Of a stretch of 64,000 bases of DNA, positions 39,947 to 49,457 are shown piece after piece. This DNA comes from Cytophagaceae bacterium (GTDB taxonomy: Bacteria > Bacteroidota > Bacteroidia > Cytophagales > Spirosomataceae). How positions within the stretch are numbered: position 1 is the first letter of the stretch; each line of letters starts with the position of its first letter. The DNA lies in contig CANHGO010000002.1 of NCBI GenBank assembly GCA_947460975.1, positions 132,427 through 196,426 of the forward strand, in the 5' to 3' direction. The notes beneath the pieces are model-generated. The model saw only the letters and a program-made list of their open reading frames with translations, was not told the origin of the DNA and made no database searches. The position numbers and the translations under genes are program-made.

Positions 39947-40168
39947 TTGGGTACGATATTAAAATTAATCTTTTTGGGTTTAATACGCATGTACCAAGGA
40001 ATGATATCTCCTTTTTTGCCTAATTCCTGTCGGTACCAACCGACTTGCTCTGAATACTCAAAACAAGCGCTATTGAAATACGGCTTTTTTAAAGGATTTC
40101 GAATGGCGATTCGTCGAATTTCCAGTTGCCATCCCTGGGGCGGCAGCGGCTATGATCCATTACTGTAA
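39947..40168 (+). CDS. yidD: Membrane protein insertion efficiency factor YidD
   Basis: YQ..ISP....CRYQPTCSEY and RI.SCHPWGGSGYDP motifs. Confidence 0.93.
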   Translation: MGTILKLIFLGLIRMYQGMISPFLPNSCRYQPTCSEYSKQALLKYGFFKGFRMAIRRISSCHPWGGSGYDPLL

Positions 40169-40223
40169 TGATTTTATGGGGTCAATGTGTCTATACGGTA
40201 AATAAATTATGATATCTATCAAC

Positions 40224-40255
40224 AAAAATATAGTATGCTTGCATAATATATTTTT
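40224..40255. promoter_or_regulatory. Palindromic operator upstream of the acyl-CoA dehydrogenase
   Basis: AAAAATATAGTATGC-TT-GCATAATATATTTTT: 15-bp arms, one mismatch, 2-nt spacer. Confidence 0.65.
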
Positions 40256-40289
40256 TCTCTGCAAATTTGTTTCAAATACTTGAAAAATT

Positions 40290-42068
40290 ATGGCAAAAGA
40301 ATACGACCGTAGAAATCTTGACTTCCTTTTAAAGGAGGTTTTTGATAGTGCTTCCCTTTGTAAATATCCTCGCTTTGCAGATTATACGCCTGACATGTTT
40401 GACATGTTATTAGATTCTGCAGATTTAATTGCCGAGAAATATTTGAGACCCATTTACGTAGATTCTGATCGGAAAGCGGCAGAATTAATCGACGGGGTGG
40501 TTCAGGTACATCCTGGTGTAGAGCCTTATATGAAGGAAATGGGCGAGTCGGGAATGATTGGAGTTACTTTTGATTTTGAGCATGGTGGCCAACAACTTCC
40601 TTCCTTAGTGGGAGGGGCGCATGAATTTATTCGGGGTGCGGCTCATAATTCAGTGGTGATGTTCACAGGTTTATCGCATGGCGCTGCTCATTTAATTGCG
40701 TCCTTTGGTTCGAAAGAATTAGCAGATAAATTTGTACCCAATATGCTTTCTGGCAAGTGGTCTGGAACGATGTGTTTAACTGAACCCCAAGCAGGAAGCT
40801 CCCTAAACGACGTATCCACCTCAGCCAAAGATTTAGGAGATGGTACTTATGCCATCAAAGGTCAAAAAATATTCATTTCAGGAGGCGACAATCACTTTTC
40901 TGAAAATATCATACACTTAGTTTTAGCCAGATTAGAAGGTGCTCCTGCAGGTACGAAGGGAATTTCCCTATTAGTAGTACCCAAAAAGCGAATCGAAAAT
41001 GGCCAATTGGTTCAAAATGAAGTAGTCTCTTTAGGGGTTTATCATAAAATGGGCCAAAAAGCGACACCCGCACTTCATTTATCTTTTGGTGATAAGGGTG
41101 CATCGATTGGTTATTTAGTAGGGGAGCCTAACAAAGGTCTGAAGTACATGTTTCAGATGATGAATGAGGCTCGAATTGGTGTAGGTATGGGCGGGGCATA
41201 TATCGCTTCTGCCGCGTATCATTTCTCGAAGCAATATGCAAACGAACGATCTCAGGGTCGTTTATTGACCAATAAAGATCCCAATACCCCACCTACATTA
41301 ATTAAAAATCATCCGGATGTACAACGTATGTTGTATTTCCAAAAAGCGATTGTCGAAGGATCCATGGGATTACTTTTCCAATGCCTTCTTTGGGATGATT
41401 TAACGAAGTGCGCAGAAGGGGAGGAAAAGGATGAGGCCCAATTGTTATTAGACTTGATGACGACTGTCGCAAAAACATATCCGGCTGAAATGGGAACATT
41501 GGCGGTTAACCAAGGACTTCAAGTGTTAGGAGGTTATGGATATACCGAAGATTTTCCTTTGGAACAAATGGCTAGAGACGTGCGGATTATGTCTATATAT
41601 GAAGGAACCACCGGAATTCACGGCTTAACTTTGTTGGGCAGAGGCATCCCTTCTAACAATGGACAGGCACTTCAAACGCTAGGAAAATGGATTGCAAAAG
41701 ATATTGAATTAGGTAAATCTTCTGATTTGGTTACTAAATATGCGGGTATCCTAGAAGAAGAAGTAGCTAATTTGACCAAGGTGACGATGCATAAATTAGG
41801 CATTGCGATGCAAGGGAAATTTGATATTTATTTGGCCGATTCCACCCTTTATATGGAATTGTTTGGTATCGTAACGGTGGCATGGCAATGGCTAAAACAA
41901 GGAAATGTAGCCGCTGCGGCCATTAAAGCAGGAGGGTTGAGCGCTGAAGAACTCGCTTTTTACCAAGATAAAATTCATACGATGAAATTTTTCTTCCATT
42001 ATGAGGTTCCTAAGACTTTAGGTTTATCCAAGCGTTTATTGGACGAAGAAATATTAACTATATTTTAA
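40290..42068 (+). CDS. Acyl-CoA dehydrogenase (long form)
   Basis: GTMCLTEPQAGS, GQKIFISGG, MFQMMNEARIGVG, QVLGGYGY and IYEGT motifs. Confidence 0.95.
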   Translation: MAKEYDRRNLDFLLKEVFDSASLCKYPRFADYTPDMFDMLLDSADLIAEKYLRPIYVDSDRKAAELIDGVVQVHPGVEPYMKEMGESGMIGVTFDFEHGGQQLPSLVGGAHEFIRGAAHNSVVMFTGLSHGAAHLIASFGSKELADKFVPNMLSGKWSGTMCLTEPQAGSSLNDVSTSAKDLGDGTYAIKGQKIFISGGDNHFSENIIHLVLARLEGAPAGTKGISLLVVPKKRIENGQLVQNEVVSLGVYHKMGQKATPALHLSFGDKGASIGYLVGEPNKGLKYMFQMMNEARIGVGMGGAYIASAAYHFSKQYANERSQGRLLTNKDPNTPPTLIKNHPDVQRMLYFQKAIVEGSMGLLFQCLLWDDLTKCAEGEEKDEAQLLLDLMTTVAKTYPAEMGTLAVNQGLQVLGGYGYTEDFPLEQMARDVRIMSIYEGTTGIHGLTLLGRGIPSNNGQALQTLGKWIAKDIELGKSSDLVTKYAGILEEEVANLTKVTMHKLGIAMQGKFDIYLADSTLYMELFGIVTVAWQWLKQGNVAAAAIKAGGLSAEELAFYQDKIHTMKFFFHYEVPKTLGLSKRLLDEEILTIF

Positions 42069-42095
42069 TAGATTTTTATAAAAACACCCTTTAAA

Positions 42096-44048
42096 ATGTT
42101 AAAAAATACATTAGTCATTTTGCTTTTTGCGGCATTCTCAACTTTTGGTCAGACAAAGTCGACATATAATGCCTACGAATTATTTCACCCACTTTGGAAT
42201 TATGGACCAGCATCCTCAGCTCGTTCGGGTTCTGGTATCCCGGGGCCAACCTATTGGCAAAACTCGGTAGACTATAAAATATCCGCATCTTTAGATGAAG
42301 AAGCACGTAAAATTTCGGGTGAGGTGGAGATGACGTATAAAAATAATTCGCCGGATAAATTGCCTTTTTTATGGTTGCAATTAGATCAAAATTCATTTTC
42401 GACCAAATCACGTGGAGGCAAAACCACTCCCGTTTCAGGAGGTAGATTTGGGAATATAGGATTTGAGGGTGGATATCAAATAGAGAGTGTGATGGTGGAT
42501 GGCAAAGCGGCAAATTATGTGGTAGAAGACACGCGGATGCAAATTCGTTTGACTCAACCCATGGCTGAAAAAGTGGGCGTAGCCAAAATAAAAATTGTTT
42601 ATTCCTTTAAGTCTCCGGCGAATGGCCATGATCGAATGGGTATTCAAGAAACCAAAAATGGCGCTATTTTCACGGTGGCCCAATGGTTTCCAAGGATGTG
42701 TGTTTATGATGATATAGAAGGTTGGAACGTCCTACCCTATTTAGGCGCGGGTGAATTTTATTTGGAATATGGAAATTTTGAGTATTCCATTAATGTGCCG
42801 GCTTCACATATCGTAGTTGGGTCTGGAGAACTTGTTAATCCTACGGAAGTGTACACGGCGGACCAAGTGAAAAAATGGGCTTTGGCGGCACAGTCTGAAA
42901 CGACCGTGGTGATTCGTTCTGCTGAGGAGGTATTAAATCCTGCTTCAAGACCTGCAAAAGACCGATTGACCTGGAAATTTAAATGTTCAAATGCGCGTGA
43001 TGTGGCTTTTGCCACTTCAAAATCATTCATATTAGATGCGTCAAGGATCAACTTGCCAAGTGGTAAAAAATCCATGGCTGTTTCGGTTTATCCGGTTGAG
43101 TCTAATGGGCAAAATGCCTGGGGACGCTCGACGGAATATGTGAAAGCGTCAATTGAGTATTATTCGAATTGGCTTTACGAATATACCTATCCGGTAGCGA
43201 CGAATGTAGCGGGTATCGTTTCAGGTATGGAATACCCTGGGATTATTTTTTGCGGTTACCGGGATCAAACACGTGCCCTGATGGGGGTTACAGATCATGA
43301 ATTTGGACACAACTGGTTTCCAATGATTGTAGGTTCAAATGAGCGTAAGTTTCCTTGGATGGACGAAGGTTTCAATACATTCATAAATTTTTATTCCATG
43401 GACGCCTTCAATAAAGGAGAGTTCAAAAGTCAAAAAATGGATATGCATCAAATAGCACCTAGAATGTTTAGGGAATATGCGGATCCGATCATTTCTATTC
43501 CTGATGTCATTCAGCCCATGAATTTAGGTTGGGAAGCTTATAACAAACCAGGCATAGGCCTAAAGATTTTACGAGAAAATATTTTAGGGGCGGATCGATT
43601 TGATTATGCGTTTAAGAATTATATCAAGCACTGGGCTTTTAAGCATCCAACGCCATTAGACTTCTTTAAAGCGATGGAAGATGGAGCGGGTGAGGATTTG
43701 GGTTGGTTTTGGAAATCCTGGTTTTATGAATTGTGGCGTCTAGATCAATCTGTGAAGGATGTGGATTACATAGAACAAGATCCAGCAAAAGGCGCTTTAA
43801 TTACCATTGAAAATATGGAGAAGATGGCGATGCCGGCTGTGGTGGATGTGGAATTAGTTAGTGGGGCGAAGGAACGATTTACATTTCCCGTGGAAATATG
43901 GCAAAGAGGAAGCTCTTGGACCTTTAGAACGTCGACCAACATCCCGATCAAATCGGTGACAATTGACCCAGATCACGTATTCCCAGACATCAATACTAAA
44001 AATAATATTTGGAGGCCTACGATTTTTAGAGCGCCGAGAGGAAATTAG
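42096..44048 (+). CDS. Secreted M1-family zinc aminopeptidase
   Basis: Signal peptide, GMEYPG and HEFGHNWF...WMDEG (HExxH-x18-E). Confidence 0.92.
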   Translation: MLKNTLVILLFAAFSTFGQTKSTYNAYELFHPLWNYGPASSARSGSGIPGPTYWQNSVDYKISASLDEEARKISGEVEMTYKNNSPDKLPFLWLQLDQNSFSTKSRGGKTTPVSGGRFGNIGFEGGYQIESVMVDGKAANYVVEDTRMQIRLTQPMAEKVGVAKIKIVYSFKSPANGHDRMGIQETKNGAIFTVAQWFPRMCVYDDIEGWNVLPYLGAGEFYLEYGNFEYSINVPASHIVVGSGELVNPTEVYTADQVKKWALAAQSETTVVIRSAEEVLNPASRPAKDRLTWKFKCSNARDVAFATSKSFILDASRINLPSGKKSMAVSVYPVESNGQNAWGRSTEYVKASIEYYSNWLYEYTYPVATNVAGIVSGMEYPGIIFCGYRDQTRALMGVTDHEFGHNWFPMIVGSNERKFPWMDEGFNTFINFYSMDAFNKGEFKSQKMDMHQIAPRMFREYADPIISIPDVIQPMNLGWEAYNKPGIGLKILRENILGADRFDYAFKNYIKHWAFKHPTPLDFFKAMEDGAGEDLGWFWKSWFYELWRLDQSVKDVDYIEQDPAKGALITIENMEKMAMPAVVDVELVSGAKERFTFPVEIWQRGSSWTFRTSTNIPIKSVTIDPDHVFPDINTKNNIWRPTIFRAPRGN

Positions 44049-44087
44049 GAAAAGGGCTTCTATATTTTGTTTACGGGATGAACTTTA

Positions 44088-44128
44088 GCCGATGTAGCCA
44101 TTTTTTTGTGCTACATCGGTTTTTTTTT
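44088..44128 (+). terminator. Intrinsic terminator after the M1 peptidase
   Basis: GCCGATGTAGC...GCTACATCGGT stem followed by a long T run. Confidence 0.85.
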
Positions 44129-44373
44129 ACCATTAGGAGTGTCTTTCTATTTTATAGTATTATTTAAAGTTTTAGTACCATTAAATCAGCAAATATGTTG
44201 GATTATCCGAGTATAACGAAGTCATTGTTTTAGACAAAAAGCGCCTTAAATGCGCGTAAACATAATTTATTTTCAAAAAAAGTTTTTTTTAAAAATAAAG
44301 CCTACCTATATTCACTTTATTAAAATCGACACAATTAACTATTTGGTCGATCAAACATCTAAAAAACCATTTT

Positions 44374-47300
44374 ATGAAATCAAACTTTTACCGTAGCAAG
44401 TTACTGTACTTGCTGGCCTTTCTGCTCTCCTCTTCATGGGTGGCATTTGGCCAAAATCAAACTATCACAGGTAAGGTAACCGATGAAAAAGGCGAAGCCT
44501 TGATCGGGGTTAACATCATCGTTAAGGAGACCAACAAGGGAACCTCGACGAATGCGGATGGAAAGTATAGTCTTTCCGTACCAGGTAGTTCTAGTAAAAT
44601 CATTTATACTTTCGTGAGTTATGAGAGTAAAGAAGTCACTGTAGGGAACCAGAGTATTATCAATGTGTCCCTTACTCCTGATGCAAAAAGCCTGTCTGAG
44701 GTTATTGTCGTAGGATATGGTGTTCAGAAAAAGGCTACTGTTTCCGGCTCTGTTGTGTCGGTTAAAGGATCAGACCTACAGAAATCGCCAAGTGTTAACT
44801 TAAGTAATTCAATTGCTGGTCGTATGGCTGGGGTAGTTGCGGTTAACCGTTCTGGAGAGCCTGGTTATGACGGATCAACGATTCGTATTCGTGGTGCAAA
44901 TACATTGGGTGGTGATGGTGCGAATGCTGCCCTTATCGTAATCGATGGTATTCCAAACCGTGCAGGAGGTTTAGACCGTATTAATCCCGCTGATATTGAG
45001 ACGATCTCTGTTTTGAAAGATGCGTCAGCAGCTATTTATGGAGCACGTGCGGCAAACGGAGTTATCTTGATTACAACCAAAAAGGGAAAGTCTGGGAAGC
45101 CTGAATTATCTTATTCATTCAATCAAGGTTTTGCGGATCCGACAGTCGTTCCTAAATTAACAAATGCATCTCAGTATGTAGGTATGTTAAATGATTTGGA
45201 TATATACCAATTGCCAACAAACCAATGGAGTGCTGCAACAGCTGCTTATAAGGCTTCAGGGGTTTATAATGGTAGAAAAGCTCCATATAGTCCAAGTGAC
45301 ATTCAAAAATATGCAGATGGCTCTGATCCTTGGCTTTATCCAAATACTGATTGGTATAAATCAACCTTGAAATCATGGTCACCTCAATCACGTCATAATG
45401 TTCAAATGAGTGGAGGAAGTGAAAATATCAAGTATTTGGCTTCATTAGGCTATCAAAATCAAGATGCTTTTTATAAAAATTCAGCTACGGGATTTGAGCA
45501 ATATGATTTGCGTTTAAACTTAGATGCGAAAATTAATGAAAATGTGAATTTGTCAATCGGTATTTTAGGTCGTGAAGAAAATCGTAGATTCCCAACACAG
45601 TCAGCCGGTGCAATTTTTAGGATGCAAATGAGAGGTAAACCTCAGGAGCAAGCATTCTGGCCAAACGGCTTACCAGGTCCTGACATTGAAAATGGTCAAA
45701 ATCCAGTGGTTATCACAACCAACCAAACGGGTTATGATCGTGATAAGCAAAGTTATTTCCAAACAAATGGTCAGTTGGATGTTAAAATCCCTTGGATTCA
45801 AGGATTGAAATTATCAGGTACGGCTGCTATCGATAAGCGTATTCGTGCAACAAAGCGATGGGAAACGCCATGGACTCTTTACCAAAAAGGAAGTGGTTTT
45901 GAAGCGGATGGAAAGACACCAACGTTGGTGGCGAGTAGACGTGGGCCAGCTGAGCCTCGTTTGACATTAGGAAATGAAACTCAATTAAATGTTTTGTTAG
46001 GAGCTATAGCGACTTATGAGCGAAAATTTGATGGTCATGGAATTACTGTTTTAGCTGGAACAAATAGAGAAACCATTGATGGAGATAACTTCAATGCCTA
46101 TCGTCGTTTCTTCATTTCACCTGCTTTAGATCAAATTTTTGCAGGGGGTGATTTAGAGAAGAATAATGGTGGTGGAGCTTATGAGCGTGCTCGTTTGAAC
46201 TATTTTGGTCGTGTGGCTTATAACTTCAAAGAAAAATATTTAGCTGAATTCTTATGGCGTTATGATGGTTCGGATATTTTCCCTGAGGCTACTCGTTATG
46301 GATTTTTCCCAGGCGGTATGTTAGGCTGGGTGATGTCGGAAGAAAGTTTCATCAAAGACCAATTACCTGCGATTAATTTCTTGAAATTAAGAGGTTCATG
46401 GGGACAAATGGGTAATGACCAAATTGCGGGTTACCAGTACTTGTCTACGTATGGATTTAGAAGTTACATCATTGGTAATGTAGAAACAAAAACTTTATTT
46501 GAGACTAAAATACCGAACACTAACATTAAATGGGAGGTGGCTACTAACTCGGATATCGGTTTAGAGGGTTCATTATTCAATGATAAAGTAACGTTTGAAT
46601 TGGATTATTTTTACAACAAACGTACCGATATTCTTTGGTTTAAAAATGCCTCTGTTCCTCAGTCGACAGGTTTGACTTTACCAGCTCAAAATATTGGAGA
46701 AGTTGAAAACAAAGGTTTTGACTTTACCGTAGGATATCGCAACCAAATTGGTGATTTCAAATACAATGTAGGTGTAAACGGAGGTTATGCTAAGAATAAG
46801 ATTTTATTCTGGGATGAAGCACCAGGTGCGCCAGAATGGCAACGTTCTACGGGCAGACCGATGAATACCTTCGTAGCTTATCAATATGATGGGGTATTTA
46901 AGGATCAAGCGGATATCGATGCAACAACGATAAGCTATAAAGCTCTCGTGAATACTTTGCGCCCAGGAGATATGAAATACAAGGATTGGAATGGGGATGG
47001 TAAAATCGACCCGAACGATATGGTTCGTAATGACTTTACTCAATTGCCATTATTCCAAGGTGGTATTAATATTGGTGCTACGTACAAGAATTTTGATTTA
47101 ACAATCTTATTCCAAGGAGCAGCAGGTGCAATGCAATATATCAGTGCAGGCGAAATGGGAAATATTGGTAATTTCATTACTGATATCTATGAAAACCGTT
47201 GGACGGTGGAAAACCCAAGCAGTGTACATCCTAGAATTGCTAACCGAAATGATCAATACTTCTCGGCCAACAATACCTATTGGCTTCGTAGTTCTGATTA

Positions 47301-47511
47301 TATTCGTTTAAAAAACTTTGAAATTGGATACAATATTCCTGAAACATTATTGAACAAAATTGGTTTGAAGAATTGCAGATTGTATACCAATGGTTTGAAC
47401 ATGTTTACTTGGGATAAATTGAAAATATTTGATCCTGAAACTGTGAGTTCAACGGGTCAATATTATCCACAATCAAAGATTATGAATTTTGGTTTAACAG
47501 CAACTTTTTAA
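44374..47511 (+). CDS. SusC/RagA-family TonB-dependent transporter
   Basis: CarboxypepD_reg-like N-terminus, VIVVGYG, LKDASAAIYGARAANGVILITTK plug motif, C-terminal Phe. Confidence 0.97.
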   Translation: MKSNFYRSKLLYLLAFLLSSSWVAFGQNQTITGKVTDEKGEALIGVNIIVKETNKGTSTNADGKYSLSVPGSSSKIIYTFVSYESKEVTVGNQSIINVSLTPDAKSLSEVIVVGYGVQKKATVSGSVVSVKGSDLQKSPSVNLSNSIAGRMAGVVAVNRSGEPGYDGSTIRIRGANTLGGDGANAALIVIDGIPNRAGGLDRINPADIETISVLKDASAAIYGARAANGVILITTKKGKSGKPELSYSFNQGFADPTVVPKLTNASQYVGMLNDLDIYQLPTNQWSAATAAYKASGVYNGRKAPYSPSDIQKYADGSDPWLYPNTDWYKSTLKSWSPQSRHNVQMSGGSENIKYLASLGYQNQDAFYKNSATGFEQYDLRLNLDAKINENVNLSIGILGREENRRFPTQSAGAIFRMQMRGKPQEQAFWPNGLPGPDIENGQNPVVITTNQTGYDRDKQSYFQTNGQLDVKIPWIQGLKLSGTAAIDKRIRATKRWETPWTLYQKGSGFEADGKTPTLVASRRGPAEPRLTLGNETQLNVLLGAIATYERKFDGHGITVLAGTNRETIDGDNFNAYRRFFISPALDQIFAGGDLEKNNGGGAYERARLNYFGRVAYNFKEKYLAEFLWRYDGSDIFPEATRYGFFPGGMLGWVMSEESFIKDQLPAINFLKLRGSWGQMGNDQIAGYQYLSTYGFRSYIIGNVETKTLFETKIPNTNIKWEVATNSDIGLEGSLFNDKVTFELDYFYNKRTDILWFKNASVPQSTGLTLPAQNIGEVENKGFDFTVGYRNQIGDFKYNVGVNGGYAKNKILFWDEAPGAPEWQRSTGRPMNTFVAYQYDGVFKDQADIDATTISYKALVNTLRPGDMKYKDWNGDGKIDPNDMVRNDFTQLPLFQGGINIGATYKNFDLTILFQGAAGAMQYISAGEMGNIGNFITDIYENRWTVENPSSVHPRIANRNDQYFSANNTYWLRSSDYIRLKNFEIGYNIPETLLNKIGLKNCRLYTNGLNMFTWDKLKIFDPETVSSTGQYYPQSKIMNFGLTATF

Positions 47512-47530
47512 TAATTAAATAGACAAAACA

Positions 47531-49378
47531 ATGAAAAAAAGATATGTAATCATTGCGCTATCGGTTTTTGGCACTGTCTTTACGAGCTGTAACGACAGTT
47601 TTGTCAACACACAACCTTTAGATCAACTTTCCGAATCTGTCGTTTGGACAGATCCAAGCTTAGCGGAGGCCTTTGTAACTGAACTCTACGGAGGTTTAGG
47701 TAATGGAGGTTTTGATGAGCAGATGTTGGCATCTTTAACGGATGAAGCATCCTTTACGCACCCAGGTCGTAATATTACTACGATTACGGAATCTCGTTCT
47801 AATCCTGCTGATCCAGGTTGGATTAACGGAACCTTAAGTTGGCAAAATATGTATACTCGTATACGTGCTTGTAACGTGGCTTTAGAAAACTTGAAAAAGG
47901 CGACTACTTTTCCTAAAGCTACTGTTGATCGATTGAATGGGGAAACCAAATTCATGAGAGCTTATTATTATCATCAATTAGTTCGTTATTTTGGAGGAGT
48001 TCCCATCGTGGATAAGTCGTTCTCATTAGCTGATACTGAATTCTTGTCGAAAAGAAACACTATGAAAGAGTGTATCGCTTTTATTGAGAAGGAATGTGAT
48101 GAGTCTGCTGCTTTATTGACAGGAAATATGGCCGCAGGACGTGCTTCTAGAGCTGCTGCATTAGCATTAAAATCTCGTATTTTATTGTACGCAGCTAGTG
48201 ATTTATATGATGCTAGTACAGCTAAGTCTAAATCTGCTGCGATGGCAGCCTATACAAATCCAGAATTTGTTGCTTATGTGGATGGTTCTCGTACTGAGCG
48301 TTGGACTAAAGCTAAAAATGCAGCCAAAGCTGTTTTAGATTTGCCAGGTTTAGGTAATCAATTGAATTTATCTGAACCTGCTTCGAAAGAAGTTGGAACA
48401 ACAAATTATATGAACAACTCTTTATCCAGAAATGGAGGAGAAAGAGAACTAATTTTCGCTCGTTATTTCATTAATGCTAAAGCTGAAAATGGTGGACGTA
48501 TCGGTTTGTTTAACGGGCCTAATGGATATAACAACTGGGCTGGAAATGCACCGATTCAAAATTTCGTAGATGATTATGAAATGATGGATGGTACTAAGTT
48601 TTCTTGGTCAAATGCAGATCATTCAGCTGCTCCTTACGTAAATCGTGATCCTCGTTTTTATGCGACCTTGATGTATGACGGTTCTGCTTGGAAGCCTCGT
48701 TCGGCTAGTGCAGCTCCAAAAGACCCATTCAATCAAATTCAAACTGGACAGTATGAAATAAACTCAGGTTCAGCAAAAGTTCCTTATTTTGGATTAGATA
48801 CGCGTAAGAGTTCTATTGAAGACTGGAACGGAAGCTATACGGGATATTATTTCCGTAAATTTACAGATCCTAACCCAGCGATTATTGACCAAAATACGTG
48901 GCAACAAATTCCTTGGCCTTTCTTCCGCTATACTGAAGCAGTGTTGAATTATGTGGAGGCTTGTATTGAGTTAGGCGAAGATGCTGAGGCTCGTGCTTGG
49001 TTAAACAAAGTTCGTTTCCGTTCAGGTATGCCAGCGGTCACTGAAAGTGGAAATGCTCTGCGCCTTCGATATCGCAATGAGCGTCGTATTGAAATGGCCT
49101 TCGAGGAACAACGTTATCATGACGCACGTCGTTGGATGATTGCTCCGACGACCTTAGGAAACAAAGTTCAAGTCATTAATGTGATCGGAACTTTAAAACC
49201 TGGTAAAACGGTTTCACTTTATCGATATGATCCTACTAGCTACGATTATCAATATAAAGTTGTACCTATGGATCCAGGAAAGGAAAACCGCGCTTGGGCA
49301 GATAAGATGTTCTTCTTGCCTATCCACCGCGATGAAATGAACCGTAACAAAAATTTGGTTCAAAATCCTGGATATTAA
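47531..49378 (+). CDS. SusD/RagB-family lipoprotein
   Basis: Lipobox FTSC, RAYYY..LV..FGGVP, RYTE..LNY.EA, ERR.EMAFE..R..D.RRW and QNPGY motifs. Confidence 0.97.
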   Translation: MKKRYVIIALSVFGTVFTSCNDSFVNTQPLDQLSESVVWTDPSLAEAFVTELYGGLGNGGFDEQMLASLTDEASFTHPGRNITTITESRSNPADPGWINGTLSWQNMYTRIRACNVALENLKKATTFPKATVDRLNGETKFMRAYYYHQLVRYFGGVPIVDKSFSLADTEFLSKRNTMKECIAFIEKECDESAALLTGNMAAGRASRAAALALKSRILLYAASDLYDASTAKSKSAAMAAYTNPEFVAYVDGSRTERWTKAKNAAKAVLDLPGLGNQLNLSEPASKEVGTTNYMNNSLSRNGGERELIFARYFINAKAENGGRIGLFNGPNGYNNWAGNAPIQNFVDDYEMMDGTKFSWSNADHSAAPYVNRDPRFYATLMYDGSAWKPRSASAAPKDPFNQIQTGQYEINSGSAKVPYFGLDTRKSSIEDWNGSYTGYYFRKFTDPNPAIIDQNTWQQIPWPFFRYTEAVLNYVEACIELGEDAEARAWLNKVRFRSGMPAVTESGNALRLRYRNERRIEMAFEEQRYHDARRWMIAPTTLGNKVQVINVIGTLKPGKTVSLYRYDPTSYDYQYKVVPMDPGKENRAWADKMFFLPIHRDEMNRNKNLVQNPGY

Positions 49379-49392
49379 TCCAAATTAATTTT

Positions 49393-49436
49393 AAAGGAAA
49401 TGGGAAAGTTTAACGACTTTCCCATTTCCTTTTTTT
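49393..49436 (+). terminator. Strong hairpin (terminator or stabiliser) between susD and the downstream genes
   Basis: AAAGGAAATGGGAAAGTT-TAAC-GACTTTCCCATTTCCTTT followed by a T run. Confidence 0.85.
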
Positions 49437-49457
49437 ATTTTTATCAAAAAATAATTC

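Noticed and set aside
44325-44351. ATCGAC...GTCGAT inverted repeat before susC as an operator
   Set aside because: The arms are short and the spacer long; it is more simply a weak 5' UTR hairpin, and no regulator is nearby.
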